A stretch of 64,000 nt of DNA from Mobula hypostoma (Eukaryota). The stretch lies in contig NC_086107.1 in NCBI RefSeq assembly GCF_963921235.1, forward strand, positions 99,202,001 to 99,266,000. The letters run 5' to 3'. A program made the translations under genes and the position numbers. Positions 1-10,913 of the stretch are shown here, piece by piece (position 1 is the first letter of the stretch; each line of letters begins with the position of its first letter). A model generated the notes under the pieces. It made no database searches, was not told the origin of the DNA, and saw nothing but the letters and a program-made list of their open reading frames with translations.

Positions 1-269
1 CTGGGGATTCGAAGAATCAGTGGCGGTCTTGTTGAAGGATATGTGACTCTGGGGCTGGGGGCGGGGGCGTTGGGTAATTGATGGTGAGGGAGTGGATCCT
101 GAGAGAATGTCCTCCTAGTGAGGGTTTGTAGAACAAGGGTATGGATTCAGAATGAAGTCACCCATTTGTACTGTAATCGGTCTATTATCGTCACATGTAC
201 CAAGATACGATGAAAAGCATGTCCTGCAGGCTGTTCACACAGATCAGATCGCTACACAGTGCATCGAAT

Positions 270-915
270 TAGATTAGATGATGAGGACACGCAGTCCTCG
301 TTTATTGTCATTTAGTAATGCATGCATTAAAAAATGATACAATGTTCCTCCAGAGAGATATCACAAGAGACACAAGACAAACCAAGACTAAAACTGACAA
401 AACCACATAGTTATAACATATAATTACAACAGTGCAAATCAATACCATAATTTGATAAAGAGCAGACCATAGCACAGTACCAATAGCCCCATCATCTCAC
501 ACAGACAGTAGAAGGGAGAAACTCCCCCTGCCATGAACTTCCAAGCGCCGCAAACTTGCCGATGCATTGGAAGCACCCGACCGCAGCCGACTCTGAGTCC
601 GTCCGAAAACTTCGAGCCTCCGACCAGCCCCTCCGACACTGAGCACCATCCTCTGCTGAGCGCTTCGACCTGCCCCGGCCGCCGAGCAACAGGCAAAGCC
701 AAGGATTCGGGGCCTTCCCCTCCGGAGATTCTGGATCACACAGTAGCAGCGTCAGCGAAGCAGGCATTTCAGAAGTTTCACCAGATGTTCCTCCGTGCTC
801 TCACATCCGTCTCCATCAAATTGGGATTGTGCACGGCACCCTACTTGACAGATTACAGATGTCATTCACCGGAGTGGCCGCTGCGCGCTGCGTCGCGTCG
901 CCATCTTCTCCTCTA
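270..915 (-). mobile_element. Non-coding, non-autonomous retroposon nested in a LINE 3' tail
   Basis: On the - strand it starts GAAGATGGCGACGCG (about 908-895) and ends with AATAAA and a short (ATCTA)n tail near 270-305. It interrupts a LINE-tail sequence that resumes at about 920. No recognisable protein motif. Confidence 0.5.
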
Positions 916-1567
916 TTAGAATAATAGAAACGGTAACAACGCAGAATAAAGTGTGACAGCTACAGAGAAAGTGCAGTGCTGGTAAATGATAAAGTGTGAG
1001 AGCGTAATGGGGTAGATCATGAGGTCAGGAGTCCAACCTTTCATACAAGTGGTCCATTCAGGAGGCTGGTAACCAGGGGGATAGAAGCAGTCCTGGAACC
1101 TGGTGGAAGGAGAACTTTCTCTCAGTGCGTGAAAGTTTGGAATTCTCCGCCCCAGAGAGTCATCAGATATATTTGAGGCTGGAAGAGATGTTTAGGGTGA
1201 TGGGGAGTTGGTGGGATCAGAGACCACAGTTGTATTGTAATGAGATGGTGACTGCCCTCCTGCTCACAAGGCTCTCGGTCTTCCCTGGACCACAGTCAAA
1301 GATGATGGACTGGGTCTGGACAAGTTGCGTTGGAGAGTAGTGCCAGCTGACTGGGGCACTGGCCCACTCCCGTGGAGTAGTGGGAGCTGCCAATGTCCTC
1401 TCTTCTGCAGCAAAGGCAGAGGGAAAGCTTGGCGGAGGTGCTGGGAATGGCGAGGGGGAGTTTGGTAGGGTTAATAGGTGGCAGTTTGAGCACAGAGGTT
1501 GAAGAGCGAGAAACAGAGAAGCAAGCCGATCCCCTTCTCTCAGAAGGCCGGTGTGGTTTGGGGATAA

Positions 1568-2321
1568 AGGCTGATTTATACTTGTCTGTACTAGCTTACG
1601 CCACAGCCTACACAAGTGGGCTACGCCATTGTGAGCATTTATACTTGTGCGTTGGTGTGTCTGCGTCGCTCTGCAATTCACCGCCAAAACGCTAGTTGGT
1701 GGTGGGGTTTCTATGCCACTGAGTTGAGTTTCTTCGTGTTAAAACTCAACACGAAGAAACTCAAACTTCAAACAATATCGACTGTAACTGAAGGAGGGTG
1801 AATTTTCTGTGCTTGTCCGGCCTCTGAGAGACATGAACGAGGAAATGCATTGCAAATATTTTCGGATGTCGGCAGGTAGATTTGACGATTTGGTTCATCG
1901 TCTCCAACCATTTATTTTGCATCAGTGTACGCACAGTATACTCAGAGACCGGCAATCACCATTCGAGTTTTAGCTTCAGGTGGAAGTCAACAGGCTGTAG
2001 CAGCTAGCTACAAACTGGCGTCAAGCACAGGGTCCGCCATAATTTCGGAGGTCTGTAAAGCTTTATGGAAAGCATTGCAGCCAGAGTTCCTTCCCTGCCC
2101 TTCAGTCGCCCAATGGGAAGCTATTGCAGCGTAGGAGGAAATGCGATGCTACCAAGCAGACCAATCACAATTGTTGCGGTCTGCGACACCGCGACGTGTA
2201 GTTACATTATGGGAGAGGTGCGCGTTCACCTATGGCGTAGGGTTGGCGTAGAATACAGCGTAGGGTACACTGCTATGCCATACCTACGGCGTACATTTGA
2301 CGCACAAGTATAAATCAGACT
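1568..2321 (+). mobile_element. PIF/Harbinger DNA transposon, internally deleted and non-autonomous
   Basis: 18-bp TIRs AGGCTGATTTATACTTGT (1568-1585) and ACAAGTATAAATCAGACT (2304-2321, one mismatch). TAA TSD at 1565-1567 and 2322-2324. Internal frameshifted transposase N-terminus: [19 protein letters not shown] and [59 protein letters not shown]. Confidence 0.9.
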
Positions 2322-2820
2322 TAAGCTGTTCACTCCTCATCCCAGGTTCCTGGGTGGTGAGGAGGGGGTCCATGTGCATGTCAGTCTTTTTACCTTCTCT
2401 GACCCCTCCTGGAAAGACCACACTGAAGGCCACAGGAAGCCCTCACCTGGGACAGCCCCTGCAGCCTAGAGCAGCTTTCTGAAACAGAAGGCAGTCTCTC
2501 CGATCCAGTTGTGTGCCAGACCGTCAGCTGGGCTGGGAGGAAGGGAGAATGCACAATACAATACGTTTATTGAGCCGGCTGCAAGCAGTGTATAAATAGC
2601 TGGGAGCATAAAAAGCGTGGTTCAGAGATAGACACGGCCCAGATTTGCGTCCCCATGGAACTGGACTAGATCAGCACAGCAATTATTCACTGTTACGTGC
2701 TCCAGTTCAAGGCAAAACAAAGAGACAGGGCATCGGGGGGGGGGGGGGAGAACAGGCTGCGGAGCCAATTGGCTGGATTCCGTGATACATCCCAGAGATA
2801 CGTAGAGACAGACCGATCTG

Positions 2821-3745
2821 CACCAGTCCTGTACCCATGAATTCTAAACCCCAGACCCATCCCCACCAGTCCTGTACCCATGAATTCTAAACCCCAGACC
2901 CATCCCCACCAGTCCTGTACCCATGAATTCTAAACCCCAGACCCATCCCCACCAGTACTGTACCCATGAATTCTAAACCCCAGACCCATCCCCACCAGTC
3001 CTGTACCCATGAATTCTAAACCCCAGACCCATCCCCACCAGTACTGTACCCATGAACTCTAAACCCCAGGCCCATCCCCACCAGTACTGTACCCATGAAC
3101 TCTAAACCCCAGGCCCATCCCCACCAGTACTGTACCCATGAATTCTAAACCCCAGACCCATCCACACCAGTACTGTACCCATGAATTCTAAACCCCAGAC
3201 CCATCCACACCAGTACTGTACCCATGGATTCTAAACCCCAGACCCATCCCCACCAGTACTGTACCCATGGATTCTAAACCCCAGACCCATCCACACCAGT
3301 ACTGTACCCATGGATTCTAAACCCCAGACCCATCCCCACCAGTACTGTACCCATGAATTCTAAACCCCAGACCCATCCCCACCAGTACTGTACCCATGAA
3401 TTCTAAACCCCAGACCCATCCACACCAGTACTGTACCCATGGATTCTAAACCCCAGACCCATCCCCACCAGTACTGTACCCATGAATTCTAAACCCCAGA
3501 CCCATCCACACCAGTACTGTACCCATGGATTCTAAACCCCAGACCCATCCACACCAGTAATGTACCCATGGATTCTGAATCCTAGACCCATCCCCACCAG
3601 TAATGTACCCATGGATTCTGAATCCTAGACCAAACCCCACCAGTAATGTACCCCAGTGTTATACAGTGACAGACACATCCATACCAGTACTGTACCCCAG
3701 TGTTGTACAGTGACAGATCCATACATGCTAGTACTGTACCCATTG
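2821..3745. repeat. 43-bp minisatellite, about 19 copies plus 2 degenerate
   Basis: Unit CACCAGTACTGTACCCATGAATTCTAAACCCCAGACCCATCCC; period 43 (2821, 2864, ...). Confidence 0.95.
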
Positions 3746-3864
3746 TTCGACAGTTAGGGGTCCTCCTGCACTGATACAGTTCCCTGTCTTTATGCAGAGA
3801 GCACCTCCCAAACCCATGACCTTGATCTCTAGAAACCTCAGGCACACAGGAACACCATCACCTA

Positions 3865-3948
3865 GTGCAGCGGTCCCAACCTGGGGTCTGCAGACCCCTC
3901 ACCTCATGGTTGGTGTCCATGGCATAAAAAAAGGTTGGGAACCCCTGC
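3865..3948. mobile_element. Short hAT/Charlie-like MITE; a second copy at about 53698-53770
   Basis: Imperfect inverted termini CAGCGGTCCCAACCT ... AGGTTGGGAACCCCTG. Confidence 0.6.
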
Positions 3949-3994
3949 TTTAAAGGTTCCCGTCCACGGGGCCCACCATCGTGACTGCGGAACA

Positions 3995-4310
3995 ACTGTG
4001 CGGAACTCGCCAATTTCAGCAGCTTCGCTACCTACTTCCACCTCATCACCAAACTGACCTGGTCACTGCTCTTCCCTTTCCTGATCTCTCTGTCTCCATC
4101 TAAGGAGATGGAGTACCCAGTGTCATTTCCTACAAACACACTGACTCCAACCACTCCCTGGACTGCTCCTCCTCCCACCCTGGCTCTTGTAAGGTTGCCA
4201 TTCTCGTAAAGCAGTCCAGACGAAGGGTCTCAACTGAAACGTGGGCTGTCCATTTCCCCCCACAGCTGCTCCCGACCCGCTGGGTTCCTCCAGCAGTTTG
4301 CTTTCTAGTT
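3995..4310 (+). mobile_element. Penelope-like element fragment (RT thumb region joined to pLTR)
   Basis: Degenerate translation ELANFSSFATYFHL..KLTWS..LPF.DLSVSI..SYKHTDS..SLDCSSSHP resembles the PLE RT C-terminal region. It is followed by a degenerate hammerhead-type core at 4212-4248. Confidence 0.65.
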
Positions 4311-4311
4311 T

Positions 4312-4555
4312 TGTTTGGATCTGTGGAATTCTCTGCCCAATGAAGCAGTGGGAGCTACCTCAGTAAGTATATTTAAGACAAGGTTGGATAGATTTTTGCA
4401 TAGTAGGGGAATTAGGGTTATGGGGAAAAGGCAGGTAGATGGAGATGAGTCCATGGCCAGATCAGTCATGATCTTATTGAATGGTGGAGCAGGCTTGACA
4501 GGGCAGATGGCCGACTCCTGCTCCTATTTCTTATCTTCTCATGTTACATATATAA
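4312..4555 (+). mobile_element. CR1 LINE 3' end
   Basis: LWNSLPNEAVGATSVSIFKTRLDRFL, the typical CR1 ORF2 C-terminus, followed by a 3' UTR and TCTTAT-type tail. Confidence 0.8.
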
Positions 4556-5054
4556 CCTGTCCTCATGGTCGATGGGTTAAGTTCCAGGAAGCCTCTCCCC
4601 AGCAGGGCTGTGGGAGCACCTTCCCTGGAAGAACCACAAAGGTTTCCGAAGGTAGCTCACCATCACCTTCTGATTGTAAAGGATGGACAATAAACACTGG
4701 CCATCCCAGTGATACCAGGTTCCAAAAAAATAGACAACCAAAGTAAGAAAAAGTCCTACAGAGTTGTATATGTCCCAGCAAGTCAATATGAGTTTATTGT
4801 CATGTGCATATGTACAGGTACAATGGAAGATTTCCTTGCATCAGCATCACAGGCGAATGGGTATAGACACCACACAGACTTTAATCATACAAGATAGTGA
4901 GGAAAAAGACTGCATGGCAAGACAGTCGTGCAAAATTACAACTAGAGACACGTCTGTAATAGTGCCAGAGGTGGTCCGTAGTTTTCTGCTGCTGAGGTAA
5001 GTTTTGGGCGGTTCAAGATCCTGGTGGCTTTGTAAATAGCCGTCCCTGAACCTG

Positions 5055-5610
5055 GAGGACACACACAAAATGCTGGAGGAACTCAACAGGCCAGGCAGCA
5101 TCTATGGAAAAGAGTAAACAGTCAACGGTTTGGGCCAAGACCCTTCATTAGGACCGGGGGGAGAAAAGATGAGGAGTAACGTTAAAAGGTAGGGGGAGGG
5201 GAGGGAGAAACACAAGTTGGGAGGTGAAACCGGGAGGGGGAGGGGTGAAGTAAAGAGCGGGGAAGTTGATTGGTGAAAGAGATAAGGGGCTGGAGAAGGG
5301 GGACATCTGATAAGGAGAGGACAGAAGGCCATGGAAGAAGGAAAAGGGGAGGAGGAGCACCAGAGGGAGGCAATGGACAGGTAAGGAGATAAGGTGAGAG
5401 AGGGAAAGGGGAATGGGAATGGTGAAGTGGGGAGGGGGGATTTACCGGAAATTTGAGAAATCGATGTCCATGCTATCGGGTTGGAGGCTACCCAGACCTG
5501 AGTGTGGCCTCATCGTGATAGTAGTGGAGGCCATGGATTGACATATCGAATGGGAAGTGGAATTATAATGAGTGGCCACTGGGAGATCCTGCTTCTTCTG
5601 GTGGACAGAA
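5055..5610 (-). mobile_element. Penelope-like element 3' end and pLTR
   Basis: DLPVATHYNSTSHS ... LGSLQPDSMDIDFSNFR (end of the GIY-YIG domain), pyrimidine-rich UTR and a degenerate hammerhead core at about 5118-5157. Confidence 0.75.
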
Positions 5611-5642
5611 CTTCTGTACCTCCTGCCTGATGGTACCAGCGA

Positions 5643-5778
5643 CCCGGATGGCGGGAATTCTTCAGCGAGAAGAGTCCATGGCCCGGATAGAGGGAATTCT
5701 TCAGCAAGAACAGTCCATGACCCAGATGGTGGGAATTCTTCAGCGAGAAGAGTCCATGGCCCGGATACAGGGAACTCT
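5643..5778. repeat. 39-bp tandem repeat, about 3.5 copies
   Basis: GGGAATTCTTCAGCGAGAAGAGTCCATGGCCCGGATA recurring at 5653, 5692, 5731 and 5770. Confidence 0.9.
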
Positions 5779-6134
5779 TGATGATAGTTGTCACTTCTAG
5801 AGTCAGTGTCCTCTGTAAGTTCTATTATCGAGGCGTGGGGAAGGGTTGCGTCCATGATGGATCAGGCTGTGTCCACCACTCTTTGTGTTCTTGTGTATTC
5901 GAATTGCCACACCAGGCCATGATTCCAGCAGTTAGGACACTTACTCCAGTAGATCTGGAGAAATTTGTTAGCATATTTGGTGATATGCCAAATCCCTTTC
6001 AGCTTCTAAGAAAGTACCTAGAGGCACTGACCCACCTTCTCTGTGAGGGTAAGGAAATTGAATTGAAGGTAGCAGTAATCCACCGGGAAACATAAAACTG
6101 GACTGCAAAACTTTCCACAGACATTTACAAAGTA

Positions 6135-6365
6135 AAGCATTGGTTAGCACAACGCTTTACATTACAGGCGACTGTGGTTCAATTCCTGCCGCTGTCTGTA
6201 AGGAGTTTGTACGTTCTCCCCGTGACCGTGTGGGTTTCCTCCAGGTGCTCTGGTTTCCTCCCACAGTCCAAAGACGTACCGGTTGGTAAGTTAATTGGTC
6301 ATATTAGGCTAGGATTTAATAGGGGGTTGCTGGGTGACCAGAGACCTAGTCCACACTGGATTTCA
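6135..6365 (+). mobile_element. V-SINE (HE1-like); other copies at about 16390-16630 (-), 25125-25330 (+), 44430-44700 (-), 55690-55905 (-) and 56250-56510 (-)
   Basis: B-box-like GTTCAATTCC followed by the V-domain GGAGTTTGTACGTTCTCCCCGTGACC..GTGGGTTTCCTCC..GTGCTCTGGTTTCCTCCCACAGTCCAAAGAC. Confidence 0.75.
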
Positions 6366-6700
6366 ATCTATCAATCAATCAATCAATCAATAGATAGACA
6401 GAGATATAGATAGGTAATTAATAAGTAAATAGATAGAAAGATAGATACAGTGTGTGTATATATATATATATATATCAATAACTAAATGGATAACTAGATA
6501 GATAAATAAACACAGAAAGATAGATAGATAAATAAGCAGATAGATAGATAGAAAGACAGGCAGATAGATAGATGGAAAGACAGATAGACAGATAAATAAA
6601 CAGTTAGATAGCTAAACAGATAGATAGAAAGACAGACAGATAGATGGATAGACAGGTAGACAGATAGATAGATAAATAAATGGATGAATGAATGAATGGA
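6363..6700. repeat. Compound (TCAA)n / (GATA)n / (TA)n microsatellite
   Basis: Directly visible. Confidence 0.9.
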
Positions 6701-7129
6701 AAAAATTAACACAGGTTCCTTACTGGCAGAAGTAGGAATTATTTTGGGACACAAGGAACTGGCAGAAACATTAAACATACTGTATATCCAATGCAACACA
6801 CTAACGTGCTGGAGGAACTCAGAGGGTCAGGCAGCATCTGTGGAGGGAAATGGACAGTTAATGTCCATTTGCCTCTTTGTTGCTCCAGATTTCCAGCATC
6901 TGCCATCTCTGTGTCAGTCGACATGGAAAAGGCAGGGCAAACTCCAGGGAAATAGTGGGGAATAAAGGGAATGACGGAAGTGAATAAATCAAAGATATCA
7001 ATATTGGTGAGAAAAGGTGCACAGGAAAGTAATGGTACAAAAAACCAGTAACCCCCCAGGATGTGATAGCCTACACTTAATAATAATGATAATAATTATT
7101 ATAATAAGTGGTTACAGTAATTTAGAAAA

Positions 7130-7830
7130 TTATATGTTAAAATATAGAAGATACAATTATTTGCAGAGTTGTGGATAGTGAGGAAGGTTGCCAAAGGATC
7201 TGGTAGGATATATATTAACTGGAAACTTGGGCAGAAGTTAATCTGGTCAAATGACAGGTCAAATGCAAGAGGAAAATATGCCATAAATGGCAGTACTCTT
7301 TGAAGAATTGATGTACAGAGGGATCTTGGGGTGTCGGTCTATAGTCCCTGAAAGGGGCAAGTCAAAATAGATAGGGTGGTAAAGAAGGCCTACAGTATGC
7401 TTGCCTTCGATGGTCGGGGCACTGAGTATAAAATTTGGTAAGTTATGTGGAAACTGTATAAAAGTTTAGTTAGGCCACGTTTGGAATTTTGTGTGGACTC
7501 CCAGCTGACACACTATAGGAAGGATGTGGTAGCTTTGGATGGGGTGCAGAAGAGGCTGACCAGGACGGTTTCTGGAATGGAGTGTAGAGAGGTTAGACAA
7601 GCCCAAGTTGTTTTCTTGGGAGCATTAGAGACTGAGGAGTGAACTGATAGATGTATATAAAATTATGAGACTCCTAGATAGTGTTGATGCCCAGCCTTTT
7701 CTTCATAGGATGAGAATGTCAAATACTAAAGATAGATTTAAGGTTAACAAGGGGAGTTTAAAGGAGATATGAGGAGTAAGTTTTTTTCACACAGATTTGT
7801 AGATTCCAGGAATGTGCTGCCAGGGGAATC
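7130..7830 (+). mobile_element. Degraded CR1 LINE ORF2 fragment
   Basis: LYKSLVRPRLEFCV..HYRKDVVALDGVQKRLTRTVSGME, with stops and frameshifts. Confidence 0.8.
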
Positions 7831-8315
7831 GTTAATGAGGGTAACCTTACTCTACTTGGACCGACTCCCTTTCGTGGGCTTCTGTTCTGAATGCTATTTG
7901 CTTGTTTGTATTATTTGCTCGATTTGTTTTTTTTTCTCTCTGTACATGTAGTGTTTGATAGTCTTTTTTTATGAGTTATTTTGGGTTTCTTTGTTTTGTG
8001 GCTGGCTGTAAGGAGATGAAACTCAAGGTTGTATAATGAATGCATTCTCAGATAATTAATGTACTTTGAAATTTGAACATTGTCTGGTCTAGACTTCTCC
8101 AGGAGAGGGAATACTTCTCTGTACCTGAATCAGAATCAGGTGTATTATCACAGTCTTAGATTATGTGAAATTTGTTGTTTTCTAGCTGCAGTCCAGAGCA
8201 AAGACATAAAACTTCCAAAAGTTACAAAATAAATAAATAGCATCTCAATAATCCCCTCGAATGCATCAACGTTTATATTTTTTTGTCCTGGAAGGAGTAA
8301 GTGGGATGTAGCTGG

Positions 8316-8863
8316 GTGTGTATGCATGTGCATGCGTGTGTGCGTGCGTGCGTGTGTGTGAGTGTGCGTGTGTGCACGCGTGTGTGTGTGTGCGTGCGTG
8401 CGTGTGTGTGTGCGTGTGTGTGTGCGTGTGTGCGTGTGTGTGTGTGTGTGTGCGTGCGTGCGTGTGTGTGTGCGTGTGTGTGTGCGTGTGTGCGTGTGTG
8501 TGTGTGTGCGTGCGTGCGTGTGTGTGTGCGTGTGTGTGTGCGTGTGTGCGTGTGTGTGTGTGTGTGCGTGCGTGCGTGTGTGCACGCGTGTGTGTGTGTG
8601 CGTGCGTGCGTGTGTGTGAGTGTGCGTGTGTGTGTGTGCGTGCGTGCGTGTGTGTGTGCGTGTGTGTGTGCGTGTGTGCGTGTGTGTGTGTGTGTGCGTG
8701 CGTGCGTGTGTGTGTGCGTGTGTGTGTGTGCGTGTGCGTGCGTGCGTGTGTGTGTGCGTGTGTGTGTGTGTGTGTGTGTGCGTGTGTGTGCGTGCGTGCG
8801 TGTGTGCGTGTGTGTGTGCGTGCGTGCGTGTGAGTGTGCGTGTGTGTGTGTGCGTGTGCGTGC

Positions 8864-8908
<45 letters not shown>

Positions 8909-8953
8909 CGTGGGCGTGTGTGTGTGTGTGTGTGTGCGTGCGTGGGCGTGTGT
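8316..8953. repeat. Long (TG)n/(TGCG)n alternating purine-pyrimidine microsatellite
   Basis: About 630 bp; the source of the HT-rich and VC-rich ORFs. Confidence 0.95.
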
Positions 8954-8954
8954 G

Positions 8955-9495
8955 GAGTTACACTTCCCATTCCCACACAGATACATCTGTCCACGATCTC
9001 CTTCCCTGCCACATTGAGACCAGGTGCAAATTAGAGCAACAGCACCTCATATTCTGTCTTAGTGGCCTCCAACCTGACTGCATCGACATCGATTTCTCTG
9101 ACCTCCGGTAACCATTCAACCATTCTCCCCTGATCAACCTTGCCCTCCCTCACCTACTTCTTTTCCTTTATACCTACTGGCCTTATTACCCCTTCTCTTT
9201 CCCCTCCTGCACCCTCCCCACCTGCCTATCACTCACACCTTCCTTCTCCTGGACCCCCATCCCCTTCCTTTGCCTATTGTCCTCTTCCATCAGACTCCCT
9301 CATCTGCAGCCCTTTGCCCCATCCTCCCATAACCTCCCAGCTTCTCACATTCCTCCAGCTCCCTACCTTCCCCTCACCTGGCCTCACCTATCACCTGTCT
9401 CCTCACTCTTTCTTTCCGGCTTCTGATGAAGGGTCTCAGCCTGAAACGTCAACGGTCCATTTCTCCACCCGAGTTCCTCCAGCATTTTGTGAGGT
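8955..9495 (+). mobile_element. Penelope-like element 3' end and pLTR with hammerhead core
   Basis: KLEQQHLIFCLSGLQPDCIDIDFSDLR; core CTGATGA-AGGGTCTCAGCCT-GAAAC-GTC at 9423-9450. Confidence 0.75.
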
Positions 9496-10583
9496 GAATT
9501 TGAGTACAGAGAAAATTCAGCATTTATGGAAAGAATGAGACTGGTTGGTAGCAGGCAACCAACGTTTCAAGAACAGCTTCTTCCCCTCTACTGTCAGATT
9601 TCTGAACATTTCCTCAAACCGTGAACACAACTTGACTATTCCTCCTTAGAACAACTGTTTTTGTAATATATGGTCATTTGTATGTCTTACACTGTAATTT
9701 TTTCCACGGATGCTGCCTGGCCTGCTGAGCTCCTCCAGCACTTGCGTGTGTGTTGCTCTGGATTTCCAGCGTCTGCAGATTTTCTCTTGTTTGTAATCGC
9801 CGAGGTTGAGTGAGGCTAGAACTGGAGGTCATAGGCTAAGGGTGAAAGATGAAATGTTTAAGGGGAACTTCTTCACTCAGAGTGTGGTGAGAGTGTGGAA
9901 AGGCAGAGGTGGTGGATGTGGGTTCGATTTCAACAGCTGAGAGAAATTCGTTAAGCACATGGATGGAAGGGGTACGAAGGGCTATGGTCAAGACGCAGGT
10001 CAATGTAATGGGGTAGAATGGACTAGATGGGCCAAAGTGCCTGTTTCTGGGCTGTAGTGTCTATGACTTCATGTTTGCAATAATTCCTTTAACATTCTCA
10101 ATCACTCAGCCGCCAGAAGCTTGAGACCTTCCAATTCTCTCAATATTTATCTGCGTCATCTTTATTTAAATTGCAGTAACCTTTTATCTTGAACTACTAA
10201 TAGATTTTTAATTGAACAAGGGAGATAGGTGGAAGCAAGTGCAGACTGTATTGTCACACCTGCCCTTGGACTTCGCGGTGAGCTTCACACGAGGGCTTGA
10301 AGACCCTGCCACTGAGCTCCCCCTACAGGCCCCTCGGCCCATTACACCACGGCCCAGGAGCTGCAGGAGACAGGCAGATGTATTCAGAATCTCAATCAGC
10401 TTTATTGTCACCGACACAAGTTGTGAAATGTGTTCTTTCATGGCAGCAGTACAGTGTAAGACATAAAAATGACCATACGTTACAAAAACAATTGTTCGAA
10501 AGAGGAATAGTCAAGTTGCGTTCTTGGTTTGAGGAACCGTTCAGAGGTCTGACAGTGGAGGGGGAGAAGCTGTTCTTAAAACA

Positions 10584-10913
10584 CGCTGGAGGAACTCAGC
10601 AGGTCGGGCAGCATCCGTGGAAACGATCAGTCGACGTTTCGGGCCGGAACCCTTCGTCAGGACTGAAGAGGGAAGGGGCAGAGGCCCTATAAAGAAGGTG
10701 GGGGGAGGGTGGGAAGGAGAAGGCTGGAAGGTTCCAGATGGAAAACCAGTAAGGGGAAAGATCAAGGGGTGGGGGAGGGGAAGCAGGGAGGGGATAGGCA
10801 GGAAAGGCGAAACGTTGACTGATCGTTTCCACGGATGCTGCCCGACCTGCTGAGTTCCTCCAGCGTGTTGTGAGTGTTGCTTTGACCCCAGCATCTGCAG
10901 AGTATTTTGTGTT
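10584..10913. mobile_element. Penelope pLTR insertion with inverted partial repeat
   Basis: 16-bp TSD AGCTGTTCTTAAAACA (10568-10583 and 10914-10929). Inverted repeat of about 60 bp (10581-10641 vs 10809-10869). Confidence 0.85.
10628..10665 (-). ncRNA. Minimal type I hammerhead ribozyme motif (Penelope-associated)
   Basis: The - strand reads CAGTC-CTGACGA-A-GGGT-TCCG-GCCC-GAAAC-GTC-GACTG: stem I CAGUC/GACUG, CUGANGA and GAAA core, stem II, palindromic ACGU in place of helix III, and a GUC cleavage triplet. Confidence 0.75.

Noticed and set aside
1217..1687. 156 aa - strand ORF as a gene disrupted by the Harbinger
   Set aside because: Rejoining the flanks at the TSD gives an in-frame stop five codons upstream; no homology recognised.
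2821..3745. CRISPR-like regular array
   Set aside because: Contiguous units without unique spacers, eukaryotic context and no cas genes.
8148..9111. HT-rich and VC-rich ORFs
   Set aside because: Translations of a dinucleotide microsatellite.
10245..10345. - strand exon-like segment
   Set aside because: The acceptor is plausible, but the body resembles a CR1-type 3' tail and the peptide is unrecognisable.
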